Positions 25,635 to 38,601 of a stretch of DNA of 64,000 nucleotides are shown here, one piece after another (the stretch's first letter is position 1; every line of letters starts with the position of its first letter). The stretch lies in contig NC_086377.1 in the NCBI RefSeq assembly GCF_036588685.1, forward strand, positions 43,586,001 through 43,650,000, written 5' to 3'. The notes under the pieces were generated by a model. The model did not search any database and was not told where the DNA came from. It saw only the letters and a list, made by a program, of their open reading frames with translations. This DNA comes from Mytilus trossulus (taxonomy: Eukaryota). The position numbers were made by a program, and so were the translations under genes.

Positions 25635-28600
25635 TTACATATACTGTAGCCATTTATCGCGGTCTTCTTCATTGTTGTCGTCCCTTCCCCTTGAATACGT
25701 TTTAAGTTTCACCTCGTCAGGATGAAAATCGTTGCCACATCTGCTGGCATACGAACTTTCGGTGATATTGATATTTTCTTGCAGAGGCTTAGAGCTATCT
25801 CTCAAATCTTGGATGTTAAGAGTTGGACCAATTCGGTTCCGTTTCCTGTCACCAAGCCGTGATTGGAAATGAATGCAGCAATTCAGTATGTCTATGGCGA
25901 CCAAGAAAACCACTGGAAGAATGAGTAAAACAATGCAGCCCCATCCAATAGATTGTGAAGATTTTCTTTTGTTTACCGATGAGTTCTTCTTTCTTACCTC
26001 CTTTGATACCGTTTTCTTGTCAACTGAGATTTCGGATATTATATTCTTGTTGAAGTCTTCGACGACCATTTTCCTTACTCCATCATCTGTTATGTTCTTT
26101 CCATCAAGGAAGTGCCATTTTTTATTAATCAACCTCTTCGGGCATTTGCATAACAGTTTTCTGGGTCTCATTCCTAAAATAACAAAATGATTTTATTTTG
26201 TGTCATATTTAAGTTTTTACTTATCGAGTACATAACATACATACTCTCATACCACATATAGTATTATTCTATATATCATTAAATCTTGTGAATGAATAGT
26301 TAATTTAAATGATTTTATGGACCTCATTGTACTACTAATTTGATACATTTTTGTATGACAATAGATATGACTTAATACTGGGTAAGTTATGCATTCTTAT
26401 TAACAACACGTGACTTCGGCCCTTCTGATTGAACTACCTTTATTGTGGATATAAATTATAGAGCACTTAATTCAGTACTTTTCCCTCTTGAGTCTTAAAC
26501 TAACGTTACCTTAAACACTTCCTGTGATGGGTATTTATAAACAATGCTGTGTAATGCAAAGAAAAAAATGCCTAACATCTGACAATTTACGAAATCATGT
26601 TCCTAAGAGAATTTGGCCAACAACTTGAGAGAGCAAGTGAGATTAAAGATATTGAACCAGAAAATCAACCAGCAATGTTGTCTTGTATCTGTAAGCCTGT
26701 TTGAGTCTTTCTATTTTACGTTTTTTCATTATTCTATAAGTATGCTACACATGCTACAGTTACGCTTCCGGCTTTTAAGCCGAAAGCTGTCAAAGTAAAC
26801 ACTATGTATTTGTACATGAACAGATGTATACCTATGTACATTTTACATATAGGCTAACACATTGATGATGTGACTTGGGAAGTGGCATGTTTGCATCTTT
26901 ATTATATGGGTTGACAACTCACTATTGTAATGGTTTGACTGTCGATAAGGATATAAAGCCGCTATGACAATTAAGAAAAAAAACAAAAATTTGCCGTTCA
27001 GAAGGAACGAAATTGACGGATTGGTTATAAAAAAAACACGCTTGTCTCAAATTAAAGGTGATAGTTTTTTTAGATTTTAGATTTTAGATTGTCTAATACA
27101 CCTCGAAAAGCAAATGTATACCGTTTTTGCGATTTTTACCAACTAACTGTGTATGCATTTTTTTTTTAAATGCAATTCTTGCAACCTTACACGGTTTTAT
27201 GGAACCTACTTAACGTCACACACACTCCTACCAGGTACTTAACTTAAAAGACTAGTTCAGTTGTGTTTTATCGTTGTTCAGTCTTCGATAATTTCTGACA
27301 GCTTTAAAATGCAGGGTACGTAATTTGATGTTAGACGCTATTTGAGCTGTTTTCAATTACATAGATAGAGTTATACAAATGATAACCTTTTTTTAGGTTG
27401 TTGGGAATTTTCAATTTAAGTAATTAGAATATATATAAATGGTAAATGTTTTTGAAACGTTAACACAATATTCATACTAGTAATTGTGTTTTATGTAAAA
27501 ATGATGAATAATAAGCTGTTATGATATATATTTATTTTAAGTTTACAGATAATTAGAAATACATGAAACAGTATACAAAATATTTAGAACAACTATTGAA
27601 TACGATTCAACAAGAAGATCAACAAAATTTACAAAATGTCAAAGAGTAGGACAATCATAGAATTAGACAATATAAAATAAAACACCGTCTTATTTAATGT
27701 GTTATACAAAGTTGACTTTTCAAATACGAAGTCTTAATATCGGTAGGTAAAGGTAATTGCTAAATCAGAATGTCAAATGTGATAATAGAATTAATCCCAA
27801 ATACATTGAACGCGAATATAATGACACTTTCATACCTTTGCATATTGCTGGCTCTGTACATGTTCGTTCTTCCATGTCATTACCATAGCATTCCGCGCCA
27901 TTACATGTTCTCCATCTCCTCTGTATACCATTGGTTGTATCCTCCCGAACACAATTTACTTCACAGAACCTCCAGTCATTCCACATACCCCAGTTTCCAC
28001 TGGCTTATAAAACATAAACGTTAATTATGATATAAGATAATATTATACCCAAAAGAATTCCAAATATACTAAAACCGAGAAAACCACATCAACTATAGGA
28101 AGAAGAAAAACGTGAGGACTTTTATATTATCATAGGAATTTTTGTTTAAATGAAATACATTTGTTGTATCTACGGGGCGTGCAATAATATAAAATTAAAA
28201 TTAAGTTTGAAACGGTGGCATTTTATTCTCTCTCTAACCATGAAAATGATAATTAAAATCTCTTCGAATAAAAATAACAAACTATTAAACAGATTTTTGG
28301 GAAAACAAAACCAAATGATATTACTTTTAAATGCACTAGAACACATACGCAAATGAGATCAGAATTATGAATTAAGCCATTTTACAATACTTAATAAACA
28401 ATCCGATGTGTGCACGAAACCGTCATATTTCATTAAATTCATGAAATAGCGTCAAAAAAAAAATTAAATTGTAGTTTAAGAAAACAAACTACTTCTAACA
28501 TAGGGTGCTTTTCACGTCATATCAAAAGAGCCATAATAAAATAATAAAAAAAAAAAAAAAAAAAAGACAACCACTATAAATCGACGACGTCACAACAAAG

Positions 28601-31600
28601 CCATTTTTACTTCAGGGGAAACTTTAACTTATAATCAGATATTCCCAAAATATATGACTTGCGTGAATGTTTTCTTAAAATACATTTTATTTAATCAAGT
28701 AAGGAATTAGCAGTTGTTTGTAAATTTATCCAAATTCTGTGCAATTTCATGCAGTGCTAAACGGAAGTCTTGTCTAAGACCGTATTATCTGGCCGATGAC
28801 GGACACAATACATGGAAGCTTTTATTTTTGTTTTCCTTCCACCTAACCAAAACGAAATAATCACAACCGAGGATGACAAATGTGACTATGCATGATACCT
28901 GTAGTACAAATAGGCTTGATGATTAATTTATTGTGGAAGGAAGAGGAGCGACATATTAGCTGATGTCTACTCATTTAATCATGTTCATATTATAGAAGTG
29001 GTTGAGATTGATATTTTATATATAATATAATAGTATTCTTGGTATTGCAATTCAACATTAAAATAAAACGAAGTACTTTGTTTAATTGCTTGTATCTAGA
29101 AACATTATGAGTGATCAAATTTAACATTATGTGTGATACTGTGTCAATGAAATATAATAACAATATAACAAAAATAAGATTTAAATGGTATCCAACGGTT
29201 GTATTAAGTTTCACCGTCGGTGTTTGAATTAAAAAAAAACAATGAGCTTTTTATAAAATTATGCATATAAGTTGTACTCCCAACTTAGATGCTCTGCCAC
29301 AAAATATGTATAACATTCGGTGAAATGCAGGGTTTCTTTTAACATCAAGAAAATAAGGGCAGTACATTCACTGGTGTTTACACGACTTCCTATATATTTT
29401 TCGTGTTGAAGTAAGAGGAAGTATAAGAAAAATATTGTGTTTGAATTTAATTTTTAAAATGATTTAAATGCTATTCATTGGTAACCTTTGGCTGACCTAG
29501 TTCCAATACGCCACCTGTGAAATTGATATCTTTGAGCATCCATCGTAAGTACATTTTATATTTCCACTTTCTTCAGAATTGATTTAAGGATTCTAAAATG
29601 ATTGTCGTTACCAATACACAAACCAGTGCAACTTTATTCATATAATTCTGTTTTTTTCTTCTTAAATCACCTTTTCAATATTTATATTTGGACAAAAATT
29701 GACTGTTCTGGGTAGAAAATTATCTGCAACAAAGATATCAATTATTTCCAAATTTTCAACTTTATTTTTTTTTTAAATTAGCTGTCTATCGGATTTTTTT
29801 TGTTATTATCAAAACATTATTTTAATTATTCTGATTGTATGGTGTGAAAAACATCTGGAATTCAATATTGATTTTTGAGTGTACCCCGGGTCGAATTAAA
29901 CCACTAAATGCATGATTCGTTGAGTATCTATATCAATTTCGTATTCATATTGGATACCATTGAAAATCATATATGCTGAATAGATACTTGATCATTTTGT
30001 TTTAATGAATCCATGTCCAGCTAAGAACTTGACCACCAGTAGTTTTTTTATTTATTCAAGTGATATGCAATTTTAACTGGTAAACCATAAGTGAAAGATA
30101 CCTTCGGTATTGATCTCGTTGGTCCAAAAAAAAAGAGAAATAAGGTCAAGGTCATCAGTCAATGTCATATTTTGGATTCTAATTTTTGGCGTTTTTTAAT
30201 TCCTGCAAAAATAGTACAGGATATCGACAACACATTTCTATTTAATTGTCATTTGTAACATGTCATTACTCCAAAATTTGGGTTGGAAGGGTGCATAGAC
30301 AATAAGTACGAGTTTTCGCCTTTCTTATATTTAAAATAAATCTTTAAAAGGGGAAACNNNNNNNNNNNNNNNNNNNNNNNNNNNNNNNNNNNNNNNNNNN
30401 NNNNNNNNNNNNNNNNNNNNNNNNNNNNNNNNNNNNNNNNNNNNNNNNNNNNNNNNNNNNNNNNNNNNNNNNNNNNNNNNNNNNNNNNNNNNNNNNNNNN
30501 NNNNNNNNNNNNNATGATCATGTGGAAAGTTAAGCTCCATATCAGTGTTGTTGGAATTTATTTAATTAAGGTAGAAGCTATGAAAAAGCTTGAAGTGTTG
30601 TCATAATGTGCAGATATTTTCAGAGAAGTTTTAATACCAAATATATTTTTGCAAAGATAAACATGGATAATACGTGTTATTGTTTTTGTTGAAGCCATTA
30701 AAATTGAAACTGCATTTTTTTTTTTTTTTTTTTTTTTTGTACATAATATTGTAGAAATCATACTCTGCGTTAGTGTTACTGTAGCTGTGGATGTGGTACT
30801 GGTTAATAAGTTGCTGAAATATTGCGTCGTTGAGGTTCGCATAGACACAGACATTGCAATAGTGGCTTTGGTATTTTTCGGAGTCACCGTTTCTGTTGAT
30901 AAATGTACCTCTAAAAATAAAGGAACAATAATTTTACAAAAGAAGCCAAATGTATAACAAATTTACAAAAGGCAGGTATAAAACAAACGATAGCAAAAAT
31001 GAAGAAACAAAAAACAAGTTGGTTACTTATTCCTTATTCCTTGTTTGTCACTTATTCCTTATCCGTTACTTATTCCTTATCCGTTACTTATTCCTTATCC
31101 GTTACTTATTCCTTATCCGTATAGATAAAGTCATTTTTGACACAAAATTAGTTTTAACCAGACTACAAATACCTGTACAATACAATGTAAACGCTGATTG
31201 ATCTCTATTACTCCTTGGGTCTTCTGATGAAAAATATGAACGTCTTTAGAACGAAACATGATTTCCTGCTTGCAGTCAAAACGTTTCTTCTGGTTCACCA
31301 GTTTAAAAAAAAACTGTTATTTTTCTAATTTATTAGAAGACAGTTAAGTACAATTTTAAAGCGTGACTGAACTTTAGAAAGTGAACACTTAGAGTTATTG
31401 TTAATTATTTTACGGTTGATGAATTGTATTTTCAAATGAAACGGAATAAAATGTGTGTTCATGTAGATATACTTAAATGATACTTATATTATAAATGTCA
31501 CTGTACCATCGCTGTTTTAAAAAATCGTTCTACCATGGATACACATAATTATTTGAATTTTTGATATATTTTTACAATATTTGAATATAGTTTTTAATTG

Positions 31601-34600
31601 AAATTACCAATTTTCGAGACTGTAATCCGACTTTCAAAAACATGACCAGTGTTATAAGATCCTCCGCAAATTTCCGATCTGTTACCTGGACATTCAAAAG
31701 TGTCTGTACATAGATAACTTGAATTCCATAACTGTGGCAGTTTCCATGGTCGACAATAGCATTCTGTTGACTAAAAAAAGGCAAATTTAGACAATTTAAG
31801 GTTAAAAAAGAAGTACAAATCTTTGAATGTAGAATCTTAATGTTTCCAAACTTTTATAATAAACTATTATAAAGTAATTACTATAGATGTAATAAAATAC
31901 AAAATATGCTTACTGAATGGGTATGCGTGGAATAGTTAGTTCATTGTTCCTCAAGGTGCAACTATTGCCATGAGACGTAGCCGAGGGCAATAATTGTATC
32001 CGAGGGGACAATTAAATTGCTGTTCCACGAATATCCAGTCACTAAGTGCTTTATTATACTAAAAGAAAAGATGCAATTAATGACAGGAATATTTTCTTTA
32101 GATCTGAGTTTCGTCTTAAATCATTCCGAATCTACAAATACTATGGATTCATTATTATATGTTTGATACCAATTAAGCGGCTTTCGTGAGAACAATTGAC
32201 CCACGAAATTTAAGGTTCAACGAATTACAAATTGCATATAGGTTTATATACAGACTTCGGCAAAACCACGAAATATCTCGAACATGCAAGATTTTCGTAA
32301 TCAACGAAAATTGGTACCTAAAAGAAATTAAATGGATCCACAGTAATATTAAAAGTTGCCAACTTTTTCCTTATGCTTAATTTTCTAAGAACATGTTTTT
32401 AATCTATGAATATTGTTTTTAAATTCACTAAACTGATACAAATTAATCGGTTAGTCATTACAATTACAATTTTTCCTTTTTTAACGTTCATAACGTTATA
32501 AAAGTAAACGCGCTAGGATTTATTCTTCAAATCAAGTGAATGACATAAAATTAAAAGGAGACATTACGGCCGTATATTGTACATGCTACCCACACAATTG
32601 ATGTATATATGATAAATACAATCGAAAACATTTAAAGTTTGATATGTTGTTTAGACGGATTATGGTTGTTTGTGCTGTTAAGTTGTTGTCTACTTGACGT
32701 ATCCATCATATTTCTATTTATTCATAAGGTGTTTACGTATATATATGTAAGCGACATCGATATCCATTTAAACCTCGTTTCTTTCACAAAAATGTTTACA
32801 CTTTGTTTTATTTTATTTTTGTCTACTTGATTAATATACATTTAGGAGCTTTGGTATTATATACAATATATAATGTTTATAGTGTTATTATTAATTAACT
32901 ACACTGTTATTGGACTTAATATGATGAAAACTGCCTATGCAATATATGGTGTAAACTCGGCCAATACAGAATAACTCGGCCAATATAGATTTTTTTTCTG
33001 TATAGGCCGAGTTATTGTGTATTGGCCGAGTTGGCACAAGTGCAGGATTTCGAAACGTCTCTAGTTTTTACATCGAAAGTCATGAAAAACAGAAACTGAA
33101 AGTAAACAGTTGTTTTAAAGACGCAGTTGTCATTTAGTCATCTTGAACATGATGAAAATGTCAGTTTGGCATACATTTCAGGCTAAAGACGGTCACATTC
33201 ATTTAAAAAGTTTTTTGGAAGCAGACGATAGAACTATTTTAGGTTTGGAAAACGAGTAGATAATCACAAAGTTCATTTCTTGACGACCTCGGACCTGTTT
33301 ACTTTCGCTCTTTTTTTTTGGAAAACTGTCATTTATTTTTAAACCCGAACCAGGCATTCTGTAATTATGAAAATCTCTGTTCTTTCGTAATTTGGCTTAT
33401 GGATAGTGGTATCAATATCAACTCCAACATCATTGGCGGATACAGGGTTGGAACCCCCTTTTTTTAGCCGATCAATGCATGCGAATGGGGACATGTAGTT
33501 GGAAACCCCCCCCCCCATTTTTTGTCCTGGGTTTGGAATCCCCTTTCAAAATGGCTTGATCCGCCCCTGTACACTTTTTTTTTCAATATATTCAATTTGT
33601 TTCTGCATATAAAAACATGCAAAAGCAGTACCTTTCCAATTACTATTTATGTGTTGCGTCTAATTGTAACACTGTGTAGTGACTGGAAAGGGTAGAAAAA
33701 CTCATCAGATGAAAAAATGCTGAAGACACCTGGAAACAGCACAGATCATTATATATATTGCAACTTATAAAAAGAAACTGAGATTTGGATAGTTCCATTT
33801 AAAGGTAAAAATATTTATCTCTTGTGAAATGAAAAAAAAAATTGTTACACTGTACAGCTGTAGTTAATTAATAAAGATACTTTTACGTGTTTTTCTGTAT
33901 TGCCTCAGGCCAATACAACAAGCCTTGAACCAATAAAAAGGCCAATACAGAAATACTTACGTAATAATATCATGTTATTTGATTTTGATTTTGTCATGAT
34001 TTCACAAATGTGTTATCATCAATTATCAAAGTCTAGGTTGTCACATGCTCTTTTTCATGTGCCGCAAATAAACCATGTGAAAATATAAATTTTCACATTG
34101 TACCAAGTATTTCAGCAATTGCTGAACGTTAAAATGTTTACCATCGCTTTAAGTCAGATTAATATAGTCTTATACACACGTGTAATATAAAAAAATAGTA
34201 CATTCTATTAAAATATAAGCAGTTCAAACTATTAATTTAAGGATATTTATATATTTTTTATGATATTGATTTTCTTTGTGCATGATTTGTATATGTAAGT
34301 ACTTGTTTCTTTGATTATTACGAAAGACCAAAAATGGAGATTGAAAACACAATCCTAAATTGTCATATCGAAAAGGAAACACTGTTTAGAGTATCTAGTT
34401 TACGCAGATCTCATACCGTACTTATGTATTTTAAGTATATGACGACATACTCGACGTCGGATGAGTCTAATACTTGTGTCCGGTCCCTTCGAATTCGGCA
34501 CCACGAGGTTCTACCGTATACGTTAAAATATGATGTTATGGGGTCCTGTCGATTAAAGTTGTCTGGGCTATGTTAAACTAGTATAATATGTCTTAAAACA

Positions 34601-37600
34601 TTATTTAAGATGGTCTTATGACGTGTCTGAGACATCTCTTATTGTGTATGTAAATCTAAGCTAAGTACAGTAATAACTACGATTTTACTAGTACCATCCA
34701 ATAAAATATTGAGAATGGAAATGAGGAATGTGTCAAAGGGACAACAACCCGACCATAGAGCAGACAACAGCAGAAGGTCAGCAACAGGTCTTCAATGCAG
34801 CAATAAATTCCCGGACCCGGAGGCGTCCTTAAGCTTGCCCCTAAACAAATATGTAACATAGTTCAGTGATAATGAACGCCATACTAAACTCAAAATTGTT
34901 TACAAGAAACTAAAAGTTAAAATAATACAAGACTAACAAAGGTCAGAGGCCCCTGACTTGGGACAAGCGCAAAAATGCGGCGGGGTTAAACATGTTTGTG
35001 AGATCTCAACCCCCCCCCCCCTATAACTAGCCAATGCGGAAAAGAAACGCATAACAATACGCACATTTAAATTCAGTTCAAGAAAAGGTCCGAGTCTGAT
35101 GTCAGAAGATGTTACCAAAGAAAATAAACAAAATTACAGTAATACAAAAATAACATCAGACTACTAGCAGTTAACTGACATGCCAGCTCCAGACTTCAAT
35201 TTAACTGATTGAAAAATTATGTTTTCATCATATGAATATCAGGCACACTCCTCCCCGTGAGGGGTTAAGTATCATACGATCATAAAATAATAATGCCAAC
35301 AACTGGTTTTTAAATAAATGTTTTAGTTCCGATGCAAAGACCCTATAAGTGAATCAATATTAACGCCAAAATAATCTTTAATGACCTGACAACAGTATCG
35401 TAATTATATCCCTTCTTAATAAATCTATTTAAAGGTTTTGTTAGCTTTTGAGGTGAATACTGACATGCTTGTGCTTTATATTGAATATTTACATTAAATA
35501 TTGGATGTGAAATACCTGAACGTATAAGCAGTCTGGATGTTGAGCTATATTTACGAATAATGTTCTTATACCGATAAATTTAGTTAATGTTTTGACCAGT
35601 TTGTGATATCGAAAACACTGGAGTAATAATCTTTCAGTTATACAAAAATTTCTCTCGTTAAAATCTAGAACATTGTTACATACACGAGCGAATCGTACAA
35701 TTTTAGATATATGATCACCGTAAGATGGTGACAAGGGAACGTCATTATCTAAAAATGGATAATTAACGATAGGAAATGAGAAATCTATCTCTTTTATCAT
35801 AAACTGTAGTATTAAGCTTTCCGTTAATGATATAGATATCAAGATCCAGGAAAGGGCAGTGGTCCTTGTTAGTATTAGTTTTATTTAAAATAAGTTCAAC
35901 AGGATAAATTTCTTTAGTATACATACTGAAGTCGTCATTATTGAGAGCCAAAATATCATCAACATATCTTAAAATTTGTGTATCAGATATTTTTTCGATG
36001 GGTCTTCTAAATTGTAACTTATAGCAATACAAAAACAGGTCCTAAATAAGTGGTGCACAGTTAGTCCCCAATGGAATTCCGATAACCTGACGATATACGG
36101 AATCTCCAAAGCGAACAAAAATGTTATCTAGTAAAAATTCAAGGGCAGATATAGTATCAAAGCATGTCCAATTGACATAGTTTTTTTGTTTATTGCTACT
36201 AAAAAATAACATAAAAGAGTTTGAACATATATATTCACATTCTGACTTTTTAAATGTCCATTTAATTAGGTGTGTGATTTTTTTCTAATGAGAATGTGAG
36301 GCAATGTGGTATATAGGGAAGAAAAATCGAAACACACATTTATTTAATTTAGAAAATTATGACGAGAATTATTTAGATATATTTTAATGTATTTCATTTA
36401 ATATATTAAGGCTGGGAACGTTGCTTCTTTTATGGAAAAGAATCATGCAAAATTAGAGCGGTTTTTTTTTCAAATCCCTGCGTGTCTACATACTCAAATT
36501 TCGAAGGACCACTTTGACAATTTATAGTTAAATAGTAATTTCTGTCATTCGTTAGGTGTAATAACAAAGTATTTCAAATTAGTTTGAGTTCTAGATTGAC
36601 CTTTGTTAGATATTTTCTGAAATCTCAGAAGTTACAAAACACTTTTCTCACCAACCAAAACAGTTGCAGACAAAGTTAAAAGTAGTTGACGTATATTTTA
36701 ATCTCACGCTAGAATAAGTTGAGACGCTACGTCAACTTTATCTTATATAAAAGTAATACTGTTACAGAAATAACTCATCAACACGTCTTGATTCCTCTGA
36801 AATGAACCTATTTTTGGATAAACAACATAACGTAACATACTTGAGGCAAACATATGTGTCTGTGTAATTGGTAACACATTTGATAGCATTATAGACCTAC
36901 TAACAATTGTTCCGGAAAATTGGTATTGTACAGAAGATACTCTACAGTACTTTTCACACCAAATGTTAGTAACGATATCACCCTGATTTTTGTGAGGCCA
37001 ATAATTCGGGTAAAACCCAAAACACTCATGAAGCACTGCACAATCTGAAATAAAAACGATTTTCATATAAATACGATTTTGATTTTTGTTTTCTGTATTC
37101 TCATTCAAGTACAAAAGTTTTTATTGGATATATGTTCATTAAACGAGATATATCTTTGAAGTTAAATCTTTGTATGATATTAAAAACGAAAGAATGTCTT
37201 AAACTTTTCTTTCTTTTTATTTGGAGATAATTGTTACTCCGTCAGTAGTAAAGAGTCAGATATTTATTTTTTTCGAGAGAAATAATACAAGATACAAACA
37301 TGATTTGGGGAGGTTTAATGTGTGTGCGGGCGAACAACCCATCCCTTACCTGATATAATAGCATATAATTAACTAGGAAAACTTATGGAGGAGTGTTTTG
37401 TGTATTGTGTATTGATGCGTGCAGTAAAAATGATTATGTTGCACTGATTGATGGTATGAAAATATACGTCATGAAGAATACATGAAGTGTAGACAAAATG
37501 ACAAATTGACTGTCACACTTTGTTATTCAAACATTTAAACCACAAATTACTTGTTTCATTATACATGGATATATGAAATAAACATGTGTAGGTGTCGTCA

Positions 37601-38601
37601 GGTTTTAAGTGCTTCAGTACTGACATTATTAAAAACACTTATTCATTTTATTTGTAACGCATGACAATAAGTAAGTGTTATGTTAATGAAAGCATCAAGA
37701 ATACCACTCGCGGAGTATATCAGTGGTACTTGGAAATAACTAATAATCACTTCAGGATAAAAAAAAAAGCATGTTGTAAACATCTTGTTTGTTGTAGATC
37801 TTAGATTCAAGTCTTTAAAAAATTGAGCGATTTGCAGAAAAGTATATTTATCTTATATTTACTGAGTTTGACAAAGTTTTGTTTTTTAACATATTGCTCA
37901 GTTTTTATATTGCTATGTTTTGTGAACTTATCTGTGTGTGTTTGTCTTTGATCTTTTAGCCACGGCGTTGTCAGTTATTTTACTGATGCGGTTCGCGTCT
38001 CTTTTTAAAATAAATCCCAGGGATAAGAAGGTTAAGACCAAACAGTTGGCGTTGATACTTTGTCCATTTTATTTCGTTCAGAGGAACATTAAAGTGTACC
38101 GCGAATTGGCAAAAACAAACACGACCAGAAAGGAAGTAAAATATGTTACGCAATATCAATAAGGCATTATTAATGATTATAAAACCAATTTAGATATAAA
38201 ACTCTAAGATGATGCTCGTATCAAAGATATATTTTCACTGTGATAAAAGCGCAGTTCATTGATTTAATATAAATGTATTTATTGTCAGCATCTATATTGT
38301 ATTGCTTAACTAGCCACTATCAAAGTTTCATATATGGCCAGGTTGATTTTGATTGATTGTGAAATTTCAGTATAACTCGGTAGATTTAAAAGTACATGTA
38401 AGTAAGAGCTATTGAATGCCTCTTTACTCTTTTATCTAGTCAAATTAGAAATCGATAAGAAGACAAAATCAACGTTTATGAAAATAATGTAATGCATCTG
38501 ATAGACAATAGTTACGCGTTGTTAATTATTATAATCTTACCTGCACTCTTTAGGTAAATAACTGAACTAATCACGATCATAATTATAACTGATTTGTTCA
38601 T
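25635..38601 (-). CDS. WSC + Thr-rich + TSP1 single-pass membrane protein, paralog B (middle unresolved at assembly gap)
   Basis: Exon 38541-38601: signal MNKSVIIMIVISSVIYLKSA, 61 bp like paralog A. Exons 36905-37044 and 31608-31770: WSC (TNIWCEKYC..FSGTI/STECYC..CPGNRSEICGG). Exon from 30910 down to an unresolved end: Thr-rich. Exon 27836-28003: TSP1 (WGMWNDWRFC..C..QRRWRTC..C.G..EERTC). Exon 25635-26173: TM plus tail. Phases match where testable. Confidence 0.8.
30358..30513. other. Assembly gap (156 N)
   Basis: Run of N. Confidence 1.
31023..31120 (+). repeat. 18-bp minisatellite TTACTTATTCCTTATCCG, ~4-5 copies
   Basis: Visible directly; explains the RYLFLI repeat in ORF 30950..31201. 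Confidence 0.9.
32949..33960. mobile_element. Probable DNA-transposon remnant with (CTC)GGCCAATACA motif clusters
   Basis: AACTCGGCCAATA twice, then TATWGGCCGAGTT twice (hairpin 32956-33031). GGCCAATACA recurs at 33908-33950. No clean TIR pair or TSD found. Confidence 0.45.
34703..36332 (-). mobile_element. 5'-truncated, decayed Penelope-like retroelement (RT C-terminal half + 3' region)
   Basis: Frameshifted RT with GIP.GTNCAPL, RYVDDIL, EIYPVEL.LNK, FLDLDI, YDKRD, FPIVNYPFLD..VP.SPSYG..ISKIVRFARVC. Confidence 0.85.
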
